Source of the DNA: an uncultured Gemmatimonadota bacterium
GTDB taxonomy: Bacteria; SM23-81; DAOVCL01
Reading direction: 5' to 3'
DNA length: 64,000 bases
Assembly: GCA_964626665.1 (NCBI GenBank)
Contig: CAZVGK010000002.1
Location: 64,001 to 128,000, forward strand
Shown: piece by piece, positions 19,031 to 28,509 of the stretch
How the letters are laid out: each line of letters starts with the position of its first letter
Numbering within the stretch: position 1 is the stretch's first letter
The notes under the pieces: generated by a model
What the model was told of the DNA's origin: nothing
The model's input: the letters and a program-made list of their open reading frames with translations, nothing else
Databases searched by the model: none
Program-made: the position numbers and the translations under genes

Positions 19031-20803
19031 ATGTCCCTAAAAATTAAAAAAACTGATGGTAACCTTAAAGTCCAGGGCAATCTTCAACCGTCCCACCTCT
19101 GGCTTCTCATTAAAGCAGGTAAACAACTCAACTCCACTCTGGATTTTGAGGAGCTTCTCTCCCTCACGGCAGGGTTAACCAGAGAGCTTATGGGGGTTGC
19201 GGCCTGTTCTCTCCTCTTGCTGGATAAAAGGAGAGAGGAGCTCTTCTTCCAGATCCTCTCCAATCAGAGGGTAAAAGAGCAAGAGGCGATAAGGCTGAAA
19301 GTGGGTGAGGGGGTTGCCGGTTGGGTGGCCCAAGAGGAAAGGGCGAGGATGCTAAACCAACCCCAGAAGGATCCCCAATTCTCCCCAGAGAAAGAGGGGG
19401 ATGCCTCTCAGAAGATGCTCTTTGCCCCTTTGCAGGGAAGGGAAAAGGTCTTGGGGGTCTTGGAAGCTATTAACCGCCTGGATGGAAAGCCGTTCACTGA
19501 GGAGAACTTGACCCTTTTCTCAGCTTTTGCCGAGCAGGTAGGGATTGCCATCGAGAACTCTCGCCTTTATAATCAGGTAAGAAAGGAGATGGTGGAGAAG
19601 TCTACCCTCTACGAGATAGGGAAAAAGATTACCTCATCCCTGAAATTAAGCGAGGTCCTGGAGTTGATCATCGATTCCCTCCGTAAGGTGGTGGACTACG
19701 ATGCTGCTGGGATTTACCTCATCGACCCTAATAGCCAACACATCAGGAGGGAGATGACCAGGGGTTACCTCCCAGATATGGAGGATAGGATAAGGCTAAA
19801 GGTGGGAGAGGGGGTGATGGGGTGGGTGGCTAAGACCGGGAAGGGAGAGATTGTCCCGGATGTCTCTCAAGACCCTCGCTATGTAATGGCTAAGGAGAAT
19901 ACCAAATCGGAGTTGGCCGCTTCCCTGATGAGTGAAGGGAAAGTTATTGGGGTGTTTAACTTGGAGAGCGAAAAGCCAAATGCCTATGACGAAGAAGACC
20001 TTCTTCTTCTCACCACCTTTGCCAGTCAGGCAGCGGTAGCCGTGGAAAACGCCCTCCTCCACGAAGAGGTAACCCAGAAGAAGCTGCTAGATAAGGATTT
20101 AGCCTTGGCCAGACAGATTCAACGAAGCTTTCTGCCTAAGCTCCGCCCACGCATACCAGGTTTTGACATCTCTGGCATAAATCTTCCCTCCCAGCAGGTG
20201 GGGGGGGACTACTACGATTTCATCCATATAGCAGATCGACAGTTGGGATTGGTAGTGGGGGATGTCTCGGGAAAGGGGATTTCGGCTTCCCTGATAATGG
20301 CCAGTTTCCGGGCCAGCCTAATTGCCGAGGTGAGAAATAACTACGCCATAGGCAAGATATTGAAGAAGGTAAACAACCTTCTCTACGAGAGTACAGAGGA
20401 GGACAAGTTTGTCTCCGCCATCTACGGGGTTCTGGATACCCAGGGAAGGGTCTTTACCTACGCCAACGCTGGGCATAACCCCCCCATTCTCCTCGGGAGG
20501 GGAGGGAAAATAAGTTACCTGGATACCGGGGGTATAGTTTTGGGGTGGCTCTACAACTCGGTCTATCAGGAGGATAGAATTAAGCTGACCCCCGGAAACA
20601 TCTTGGTGATGTACACTGATGGGGTAACCGAGGCAACCAATCAACAGGGAGAGGAGTTCGGGGTTGACAGATTACTGGAGATCATCAAGGAAAACATTGG
20701 TTTGGCCGCGAGGGCTCTTCGGCTGAAGATAGTAGAAGAGGTGAGGAGTTTTACCCCCTCTCAAGGGGATGACCTCACTCTGGTAGTGGTAAAGGCGGAA
20801 TGA
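19031..20803 (+). CDS. GAF-GAF-SpoIIE (RsbU-like) PP2C phosphatase
   Basis: Two GAF domains; VGGDYYD, GDVSGKG, NAGH, YTDGVTE, DDLT. Confidence 0.93.
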   Translation: MSLKIKKTDGNLKVQGNLQPSHLWLLIKAGKQLNSTLDFEELLSLTAGLTRELMGVAACSLLLLDKRREELFFQILSNQRVKEQEAIRLKVGEGVAGWVAQEERARMLNQPQKDPQFSPEKEGDASQKMLFAPLQGREKVLGVLEAINRLDGKPFTEENLTLFSAFAEQVGIAIENSRLYNQVRKEMVEKSTLYEIGKKITSSLKLSEVLELIIDSLRKVVDYDAAGIYLIDPNSQHIRREMTRGYLPDMEDRIRLKVGEGVMGWVAKTGKGEIVPDVSQDPRYVMAKENTKSELAASLMSEGKVIGVFNLESEKPNAYDEEDLLLLTTFASQAAVAVENALLHEEVTQKKLLDKDLALARQIQRSFLPKLRPRIPGFDISGINLPSQQVGGDYYDFIHIADRQLGLVVGDVSGKGISASLIMASFRASLIAEVRNNYAIGKILKKVNNLLYESTEEDKFVSAIYGVLDTQGRVFTYANAGHNPPILLGRGGKISYLDTGGIVLGWLYNSVYQEDRIKLTPGNILVMYTDGVTEATNQQGEEFGVDRLLEIIKENIGLAARALRLKIVEEVRSFTPSQGDDLTLVVVKAE

Positions 20804-20812
20804 ACTGCCCTG

Positions 20813-21177
20813 AACGATTTTGTAAGATCCTGTTTTTTAGTATGGGCCTTTGCTCTTTGTGGATGTTATCATCCACAAAGGATCTCATCTCTGTCAGGGC
20901 GGGAGCCCTGACAGCAGAAAAATTGTGGGGACCCCGATGGATCGGGGTCCGTCGGGCCCCTTGGGCTAAAGCCCGGTAGAAGTGTAGGGGTCACATTTAG
21001 GCGATCAGAATGAGCTTGATGAATCAAGCCCCTATACAGGATTTGCCAAACCTGACTGTGACAAAATTGGGGTTTTGCTAGCTCAAAAAGAACCCGACGA
21101 GTAGTGAGCTACGAGCTACGGTAGTAATTTTTCTCTCAGTAAAATCTGGGTAATCTGTGGCCCTTGTTTGGCCCTGT
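20813..21177. mobile_element. Degenerate composite REP-carrying insertion, copy 3
   Basis: Left end TTTTGTAAGATCCTGTTTTTT and right end GTGGCCCTTGTTTGG..CTGT match copies 1 and 2; different REP payload. Confidence 0.5.
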
Positions 21178-21332
21178 GTACCGTGGGGGTCTTCTTCCCT
21201 TGGGGATGGAAATTACGAAGATGCCATTCACCCCGCTCACGGATTGGGAAGGGGTATAAGGGCATTATAAAGCAAGGCCGATTGCAGCCTATTCGTATTT
21301 GAAATAACCTCGCAGGGCCAACGGAGAAGCTG

Positions 21333-21770
21333 TTGCAAAGAGAGCTTTCCCAGGAGGAAAAATTGTCAGAGGGGAGGGGAAGGAAGGTAAATTTGACCCT
21401 CTCTCATTCTCCTTCGGCGGTGAGAAAGGCCGATGAGATCACCGAGAGGGTGGCCAGCCAGATGGGCTTTGATTCTCAATCAGTTGATGAAATAGCAATT
21501 TCAGCAACCGAGGCGGTGAACAACGCCATAGAGCATGGCCGAGGCAAGATATTTCTCTCCCTCATTCCCTCCCGGGATAGATTGACAATAGAGGTATGGG
21601 ATGAGGGTTACGGTTTTGACCCCCAAAAGCTCAGGGACCCCTCGAGCCCCAAAAACATAATGAAGCCTAGAGGGAGAGGTATATTTATTATGCGTTCCCT
21701 GATGGATGAGGTGAGGATCGAGTTCGGGCCGGGGACAAAGGTGACCTTAGTCAAATATTTGAGGAGATAA
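21333..21770 (+). CDS. Anti-sigma factor Ser/Thr kinase (RsbW-like HATPase_c)
   Basis: EAVNNAIEHG, DEGYGFD, GRGIFIMRSLMD, GTKV. Confidence 0.92.
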   Translation: MQRELSQEEKLSEGRGRKVNLTLSHSPSAVRKADEITERVASQMGFDSQSVDEIAISATEAVNNAIEHGRGKIFLSLIPSRDRLTIEVWDEGYGFDPQKLRDPSSPKNIMKPRGRGIFIMRSLMDEVRIEFGPGTKVTLVKYLRR

Positions 21771-21773
21771 GCT

Positions 21774-23999
21774 ATGGTTACCTACCAGGTCATCACCATT
21801 ATTGGCTTTCTCATAGGGGGGACCGTTATTCTCCTTATCGGGTTGGTTATCTGGAGGGTTAACCCTAAGAGGAAGGAGAACGAAGCTACCGGCCTGATGC
21901 TCTGCTTTGCCGGCTTGGGGCCACTTATGGGAGCGATAGGCCTTATCCTGGACAAGTTAAATCCAGGAGGGATAGCTTTCTATGCCCCTTTTCTGGCCAA
22001 TTTCTTCTACATTTGGGAGTTCTTCTTTCCTTTTCTCCTCATCTTTGCCCTGGTCTTCCCTCAGGAGAATCCCTTCTACCTTAAGCACCGTTGGCTAAAA
22101 TATCTCATATTTCTTCCCCATACCTTCCACTTCTTCTTCATCACCACCTTCTATGAGTGGGGAAAGCTAATCCCCCGTTCCCTCCTTGAGGCCATCTCCG
22201 ATCAATTAGGCCCTCTCTCTGCTCCTTTCCATTTTTTGGTCAAGTTTACTGGGTTAACCTTCTCCCTCCTCTTCAAGTTCCACCTTAAATTCTTCTCCTC
22301 CATAAACCTGGTTTATTTCCTCTTGGGTATGTGGCTTCTCCATCGAGGTTATCAGGGGATAAAGAACCCCAAGCTCAGGAAGGGAATGGGCCTGCTTCTT
22401 TATGGGATAAGATCAGGAGTGGGGCTCTACGCCGCTGTTTACATCCTTCCCGTTCTCCTCCCCTTCCGTATCCCAGGTGACCTCAAGCTGTTTTTGGCCC
22501 TCTTAGCCGTGGCAGTGGGCAGTGGGTCCGTTGCCTGGGCCGTAATCAAGCATCAATTTCTGGATGTAGGGGCCATTGTCAAACAGGGTTTAGTTTACTT
22601 CTTCACCTTAGGGCTTTTTATCCTTGGCTATCTCCTGGTAATCAGAAGGCTAAGTCACGCGCTCACCCTTTCTCTGGGGAGGGATCTTCCCCTTTTTGAT
22701 GTGGCTTTCCTTATCCTGGTTGTCCTTATCTTTCGCCCCCTGATGGATAGGCTGGAAAGGGTGATGGAAAGGGTCAACCCCAAGGAGAGGAGAGATTATC
22801 GGGCACTGCTCAGGAGGCTGAGCAGTGAGATAAGCTCCCTTTTGGACTTTGGTAGCCTAAGGAGGAGGCTGGAAGATACATTGAAAGATGGACTGATGAT
22901 TCAGGGGATCTTTTTGGTGATCAGGGAGAAGGGAGATGGGGGTTTTTCGGTTGATTGGGGGGAGGGAAAGGCTAAGGTAGATCTAAATGAGAGGACGATG
23001 AGGGAGATGGTTAGAAGGGGAGGGCCCATTTTGGCGGAGGAGTTTATGGAGCACCTGCCTGACAGGGATTCATTCCAGCCGCATTTTAAGCCTTACCTCC
23101 TCTTTCCCCTCTTACGGGGGGAGGAATTTATCGGCTTCTTTGGCTTGGGGGAGAAGCTACGGGGGTTTCGCTATACCTATGATGAGATCACCTTGCTTGG
23201 TTTCCTCTCCAACCAACTGGCCGTGGCCCTGGTGAACTCTCAACTCTATGAGGAAGCCTTGGAGAAGAGGAAATTGGAAGATGAGATAGCTCTGGCCCGC
23301 CATATCCAGAACTCCCTCCTTCCCTCATCTCCCCCCCGCCTTCCCGGCATGGAGATAGCAGTGGAGACCAGGCCCTGTAGACAGGTGGGGGGGGACTACT
23401 TTGACTTTCTCACAACCAAAAAGGGGGATTTAGGGATTGCCATCGGTGATATATCCGGGAAAGGAATGCCTGCTGCCTTGCTTATGTCCTCACTTCAGGC
23501 CTCCCTGCGAGCGGAGGTGGAGAACGGGCATCCCATTCAGGATTCGATGAGGTTGGTTAACTCCCTTCTCTTCAAAAGCACCAGTCCGGAGAAGTTTGTT
23601 ACCCTTTTCTATGGGGAACTCAACCCCCACCAGAGGACCCTTGCCTATTGCAATGCTGGCCACAACTATCCCCTCCTCGTGCATCCCACTGGAAGGGTGG
23701 ATAGATTGGAGAAGGGAGGAACCATCTTGGGGGCCTTCCCTGATGTACAATATGAGGTCGGTAAGGCTCAACTCTCCCGGGGGGATCTCTTAATCCTCTA
23801 TACCGACGGGGTGACGGAGGCCCTAAACCAGAGGGAAGAGGAGTATGGCGAGGAGAGGTTGCTTAGCTCAGTTGTAGATCATCGAGGGCTATCCCCCCGA
23901 GAGATAAAGGAGAAGATCATCAATGGGGTAGAGCGGTTTAGCAGCCCCGCTCCCCTCTACGATGATTTGACCATTATGGTTTTAAAGATGAGCGGATAG
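21774..23999 (+). CDS. Polytopic membrane sensor with GAF-like and SpoIIE PP2C domains
   Basis: About 9 hydrophobic segments, then VGGDYFD, GDISGKG, NAGH, YTDGVTE, DDLT. Confidence 0.9.
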   Translation: MVTYQVITIIGFLIGGTVILLIGLVIWRVNPKRKENEATGLMLCFAGLGPLMGAIGLILDKLNPGGIAFYAPFLANFFYIWEFFFPFLLIFALVFPQENPFYLKHRWLKYLIFLPHTFHFFFITTFYEWGKLIPRSLLEAISDQLGPLSAPFHFLVKFTGLTFSLLFKFHLKFFSSINLVYFLLGMWLLHRGYQGIKNPKLRKGMGLLLYGIRSGVGLYAAVYILPVLLPFRIPGDLKLFLALLAVAVGSGSVAWAVIKHQFLDVGAIVKQGLVYFFTLGLFILGYLLVIRRLSHALTLSLGRDLPLFDVAFLILVVLIFRPLMDRLERVMERVNPKERRDYRALLRRLSSEISSLLDFGSLRRRLEDTLKDGLMIQGIFLVIREKGDGGFSVDWGEGKAKVDLNERTMREMVRRGGPILAEEFMEHLPDRDSFQPHFKPYLLFPLLRGEEFIGFFGLGEKLRGFRYTYDEITLLGFLSNQLAVALVNSQLYEEALEKRKLEDEIALARHIQNSLLPSSPPRLPGMEIAVETRPCRQVGGDYFDFLTTKKGDLGIAIGDISGKGMPAALLMSSLQASLRAEVENGHPIQDSMRLVNSLLFKSTSPEKFVTLFYGELNPHQRTLAYCNAGHNYPLLVHPTGRVDRLEKGGTILGAFPDVQYEVGKAQLSRGDLLILYTDGVTEALNQREEEYGEERLLSSVVDHRGLSPREIKEKIINGVERFSSPAPLYDDLTIMVLKMSG

Positions 24000-24138
24000 T
24001 CGGTGCCTGGGTAAAGGCTCTCAGGAGGTGGGCTAATAGGGCACAAAAGGCCTCTCCCCAATTGGGGATTTTTACCTGACAGATAGACAGAAGATTTGGA
24101 ATCTGGGTAGGGGAGATCAATCCTGATGCAAAATTCAC

Positions 24139-24167
24139 TTGCCATCTGCCCCTCTTTTTATTAGCTT
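24139..24167 (+). promoter_or_regulatory. Possible sigma70 promoter of ppiD
   Basis: TTGCCA-17 nt-TAGCTT. Confidence 0.4.
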
Positions 24168-24197
24168 AGGTTAAAGCTTTAAATAAGGAGAATCAAA

Positions 24198-25973
24198 ATG
24201 ATGCGCAAAATGCTTAGATTTACTAAGATCACCTTCTGGGTTGTGATTATAGCCTTTGTCGGGTTTATGGTCTTCAATGTAGGAATGAAGGTAACATCTA
24301 CCAAAAGGAGATCGAGTATGGTGGTGGGGGAAGTGAATGGCATCAAGATAAGCTACCAACAGTTTCAGAATACCCTGCGCCGACAATATATGGAAAATCG
24401 GGACAAGGTCAAAGAGATGGATAGTCAGGCAGAAGAGAGGTTAAGGGAAGAAACCTGGAACAACATTGTAAATTACGCCCTTCTCGATCAGGAGGTAAAA
24501 AAGAGAGGGATAAAGGTCTCCAACTCGGAGGTAATTGCCTGGGTGGCTTCCAACCCTCCCCCATCGGTCCTCTCCGATACTACCTTTCGCACTGAGGATG
24601 GGAAATTTGATTACCAAAGATATATGAAGCTCCTCAGCAACCCTTATATCGATTGGAGCTCATTGGAAGAGAAGGCCCGTTCGCTTCTGCCCGTGCAGAA
24701 GCTACAAAACCTGGTCTTCAACACGGTAAGGGTGACTGCCAATGAGGTTGAACAAGAGTATATCAGGAGAAATGAGAAGGTAAAGGTGCGCTGGCTGCAG
24801 GTTCTCCCCTCCGATTTCCACAAGGAGAAGATTCAGGTTTCAGATGAGGAGGCGCAAACCTACTATCAGGAACACAAGGAGGATTTTCAGGAGCCCCCGA
24901 AAACCAACCTCAAATATCTCCTCTTGGCCAAGGAGCCCAGCAAAGCCGATGAGGAGAGCGTCAGGGTTAAAATTGAGGAGATAAGGGATATGGTAATCTC
25001 TGGGGAAGACTTCTCAGACCTGGCCCAGGAATACTCCCAGGGGCCATCGGCAGCTAAGGGGGGAGATCTGGGTTTCTTTGAAAGAGGGAGTATGGTTAAA
25101 CCATTTGAGGATGCTGCCTTCTCCCTCAAGCAGGGTGAGATCTCCCAGCCAGTGAGGACCAGATTTGGCTGGCATATTATTAAAGTGGAGGAAAGGGGGG
25201 AAGACAAGGTTCATGCCCGTCATATTCTCCTCAAGGTAGAACCCTCCCTCCAAACCCTGGATGAGATCAGAAATAGAGCAGAGGACTTCGCCCATTTGGC
25301 GGCGAAGGAAAGGCTGGTTAAAGCTGCCGATGACAGCCTTCAGCTTAAGGAGACCGGCCTCTTCAACCAGGGCAGATACATACCAATGATCGGGGTGAAT
25401 CCAACGATCTCTAAGTTTGTAGAGGAAAACGATGTGGGTAAGACCAGCAGTTTGGTGGAGACAAAGGCCGGATACTATATCTTCCAGATAGTTGAGAAAA
25501 AAGGGGCGGAGGTCCCTCCCCTGTCCGCGGTTAAGGAGAGAATTAAATCTCAATTAAGCCAGCAGAAAAGGAGGGAACTTGCCCTCAGGGAAGCTAAGTC
25601 AATTGCTCAGAGGGCAAAGGAAAAGGGTTCTCTCATCAAGACCGCCAGGGAATACAAACTGAAGACCAAGCCAACGGATTACTTTACCCGCATGGACTAT
25701 ATTCCTGATGTGGGCCGCCTCCCCCGATTTATTGGCACGGCTTTTCGGTTAAAGAAAGGTGAGATAAGCCCCGTGGTGGAGACTGAAAAGGGGTTTTATA
25801 TACTACAGCTTTTAAGCAAAAAGGGAATTGATGAGAAGGGTTTTGCTGAGGAGAAGGATGATTTGAGAAAGGAGATCCTTCAGGCCAAGCGGAAGGAGGC
25901 CTTTACCAAGTGGTTTACAGCAATCAGGGACAAAGCCGTAATCAAGGACTATCGGAATCAGTTTTACAAATAA
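24198..25973 (+). CDS. ppiD: PpiD-like membrane-anchored peptidylprolyl isomerase (SurA N domain plus rotamase)
   Basis: N-terminal TM helix; FSDLAQEYS..SAAKGGDLGFF..MVKPFEDAAF..FGWHIIKV parvulin domain. Confidence 0.85.
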   Translation: MMRKMLRFTKITFWVVIIAFVGFMVFNVGMKVTSTKRRSSMVVGEVNGIKISYQQFQNTLRRQYMENRDKVKEMDSQAEERLREETWNNIVNYALLDQEVKKRGIKVSNSEVIAWVASNPPPSVLSDTTFRTEDGKFDYQRYMKLLSNPYIDWSSLEEKARSLLPVQKLQNLVFNTVRVTANEVEQEYIRRNEKVKVRWLQVLPSDFHKEKIQVSDEEAQTYYQEHKEDFQEPPKTNLKYLLLAKEPSKADEESVRVKIEEIRDMVISGEDFSDLAQEYSQGPSAAKGGDLGFFERGSMVKPFEDAAFSLKQGEISQPVRTRFGWHIIKVEERGEDKVHARHILLKVEPSLQTLDEIRNRAEDFAHLAAKERLVKAADDSLQLKETGLFNQGRYIPMIGVNPTISKFVEENDVGKTSSLVETKAGYYIFQIVEKKGAEVPPLSAVKERIKSQLSQQKRRELALREAKSIAQRAKEKGSLIKTAREYKLKTKPTDYFTRMDYIPDVGRLPRFIGTAFRLKKGEISPVVETEKGFYILQLLSKKGIDEKGFAEEKDDLRKEILQAKRKEAFTKWFTAIRDKAVIKDYRNQFYK

Positions 25974-25987
25974 GAGGATACAGAATT

Positions 25988-26489
25988 GGGGTCAGCCCTC
26001 AGAAAATAGATTTTCTTCGGTCCTTTCACCCAACTCCCTAAACTGGCCATCCCCACTGAGAAGTTCTTTTGCTTTTTGCGATATATAACTCACATTCCCT
26101 CCTGTGTTCCCCCCAAACTCTATACCGATTGCCACATTGGTCGCCCCACCGTACCTCTGAGCCAGATACACGAGCTCTGTTCCCATGACATCCGCCGGCA
26201 CGCAGGACCTCCTCAGATACACCAGCAAGCCCAATTTCTCCACAGCACCTTCGAGGCACTGGAGGAAATGTTGCTGATCAAGCTCATCACCGAAGATCGC
26301 CTATCGTTCGTTCCCTCGGTCTGTGAGGTGATAGAGCGCACCAGGCCACCCAATGCGCAGAGGCCTTGCCATAGGTGAGTAACCTTCAGAGACAAGGAAT
26401 ATCCCAACAAATTATTATAATGGCTTGCCTACTACCGGAATAGTATAGCAACCCAAGAATGTCAATATCTATTTTCTGAGGGCTGACCC
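25988..26489 (-). mobile_element. Non-autonomous element: internally deleted RAYT-like transposase between 23-bp inverted repeats
   Basis: GGGTCAGCCCTCAGAAAATAGAT at 25989-26011 with a perfect inverse at 26467-26489; 26372-25992 reads MARPLRIGWPGALYHLTDRGNER*AIFGD... fused to a DnaA-C-like HTH tail. Confidence 0.8.
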
Positions 26490-26815
26490 AAAGCTTTGGC
26501 GTATTTGTCTTTGTCCGATCGTGCCATCATTGTGCCATCACCGTGCCGTGACCGTGCCATCATCATTTAGTACAAGGAGGGGGGAAGAGGTCACATCTTT
26601 TTTTGATCTTTGCAAGTGAAAGGGAAGTTGATGCTTAACATAATTCAAGACGCCTGAAAGTAAAGATATAACCCCTTTTTATTTTTCCAAGCGACCGCCC
26701 CCCCCTTGAAGGACCTGAACTTACAGAAGTATTGTCAAATGTCAAGGGTTGACCCTACTTTCGCATGATTGGGGGAACTCTACCCTATTTGTCGTAGGAA
26801 ATTTGAAAAAATAAC

Positions 26816-26844
26816 TTGACAATGCCGACCCCAAAAATTATATT
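26816..26844 (+). promoter_or_regulatory. Sigma70 promoter with no downstream ORF
   Basis: TTGACA-17 nt-TATATT. Confidence 0.6.
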
Positions 26845-26850
26845 AAGTTT

Positions 26851-26955
26851 GTAATGTAAGTAGCCGATACTTACATTAGTAGTTCTTTACTCAGAGTAAG
26901 GAACCCACAAAGGTCTCTGCCGCTGAACCGTAATCAGCGACATTTTTATTTTCAG
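26851..26955 (+). ncRNA. Candidate small RNA with three hairpins
   Basis: Perfect 11-bp stem TAATGTAAGTA/TACTTACATTA, second stem 26882-26904, terminator-like CGCTGA/TCAGCG plus T-rich tail. Confidence 0.45.
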
Positions 26956-26957
26956 CC

Positions 26958-27344
26958 TTACCATCTTGGATTGCTCCTCATCTTCCTCAATGCTGAACGA
27001 CTTCTCACGAGGTAGGCCGTAATGAATCGAGCTTGTGTAGAGTCCTTTGGGTCAATTTGGATGATCACTGCATAAGGAGTGTTTGATTCTAATGCAATCC
27101 TTCGCACCTTTCCGTTCGGTATCACCCTACGATAGATTTCCATCGTTGCATCTTCAAGGACATATTTGATCCAATCGATCCTCTCTGCTCTACTTTTGTC
27201 AAATCGATCCTTAACTGGGAATTTCCGACTACTTGATGAAAAGAACGCGTGATTAAAATTTTCTCGAAAGAATTTCACAGTGATTCCATCGAAGGTCAAA
27301 ACAGAATTCGCCTTTCCTACATATTTGTTGATATGGAGATTTCG
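26958..27344 (-). pseudogene. 5'-truncated small basic protein, possibly a BECR/PBECR-fold nuclease
   Basis: TFDGITVKF..NFNHAFF..RAERIDWIK..YAVII..FITAY; frame stays open up to the repeat site at 27345. Confidence 0.5.
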
Positions 27345-27361
27345 GGGGACACCATACTGAT

Positions 27362-28023
27362 TTATGTTTTTGGCTTTCTGCCTGGCTTCTTAGGTTTTAA
27401 ACTGAGACTAAGCATACTTTCCAATTGGTCAATAGATGCCATGCTGCCCAGTGGCCGGCCAGTCCTTTCATGTTTGCGTATGCTTTGTTCCTCTTCAGAT
27501 GTTACCTTCTCTGAGAGAAAATCTGACCAGTCTTCTTTAACCAGCGAAAGCAATGGTTTCATATTGACCAGTTGGTCATTCTTTCCCCTGATATGAGATC
27601 TCGCACTGCTCAAGCCCACCCCTCAGCTCTATCCACTAACCCAGCCCGCACCGGATTGTTCTCAATATATCTGACACAGACAAGTAAATACCTCTCATCC
27701 ATTACATGGGAAGCAAAACGTCCCTGCCAGAGATGGCCTCTCCATCCTTCACGAAAGTTTACCCGGCGCGTATATCGACGATGGGCCTCTCCGATAGCAA
27801 GCCTGAGACTCTCTCTTTCTGAGGGTACGGCAATGAGATGAACATGATTCGGCATCAGGCAATATGCCCAGATGTCAACATCATACGTCCTGCACCAGTG
27901 TGTCATAAGTTCGATGTAAGCTGTGTAGTCTTCATTTGAGAAGAAGGTTTGCAGCCTTCTGTTGCCCCTTTGGGTAATATGGTGGGGTAAGCCCGGCGCA
28001 ACGCCCCTTGCTATTCTCGGCAT
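27362..28023 (-). pseudogene. Y1 HUH (RAYT/IS200-like) transposase, frameshifted near 27615
   Basis: PHHITQRGNRR, MPNHVH (HUH), HLWQGRF, RYIENNPVRAG; continues in a second frame (SSARSH...PKKPGRKPK). Confidence 0.9.
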
Positions 28024-28049
28024 AGGGGTAATTTAGTTGGGGGCTACGC

Positions 28050-28078
28050 TTATGTCAAGAAATAAGTATGGTGTCCCC
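28050..28078. repeat. Family-B site (TTATGTCAAGAAATAAGTATGGTGTCCCC)
   Basis: Perfect 29-bp inverse at 29413-29441; partial copies at 27345-27363 and 28478-28504. Confidence 0.85.
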
Positions 28079-28095
28079 AGAATCATGCCAGAATC

Positions 28096-28245
28096 ATGGG
28101 TAGGTACTTCTCCGGCATTGCTCGGAGAAGGGGCAGGAAGATAGCCAAGCTCTCCTTGGCCAGAAAGATTGCCAAGGGAGTTTACCACATGTTGAAGAAT
28201 AAGATGACCTTCGCTGAATATAAGAGCAGATACTTAGCCAAGTGA
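28096..28245 (+). pseudogene. C-terminal remnant of an IS110-family recombinase
   Basis: Translates YFSGIARRRGRKIAKLSLARKIAKGVYHMLKN, the typical IS110 C-terminal helix pattern. Confidence 0.7.
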
Positions 28246-28477
28246 GCTCCTCTTTATTCTTTCACCCCATAGGGGTACTTGTCAAGACTGGGCAGCTTGG
28301 CGTCCCGAATAGTGATATCTTGCGTCTCTCCCCGAAGCGCCCATAGAAGAGTGGAGCAAATCCCTTAGATAATTCGGGAGCTTAAACGGGAGGGCACATA
28401 ACCAAGGGAAGGTTAAAATGAGGGAATAAATAAGGAGGGTCGTCTTAGAAAAAAGGGGTTGACGAGCTTCTTTATAG
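28246..28477 (+). ncRNA. IS110 3' non-coding end, predicted bridge/seek RNA
   Basis: Two stem-loops with internal loops carrying TGTCAAGA and ATAGAAGA; end motif GGTTGAC..TTTATAG abuts a family-B site. Confidence 0.5.
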
Positions 28478-28509
28478 AAGAAATAAGTATGGTGTCCCCA
28501 GAATTACTC

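Noticed and set aside
28033-28060. dif/pdif site (TTATGTCAAG resembles a XerD arm)
   Set aside because: No XerC-like arm at the 6-bp spacing; conservation extends on the other side
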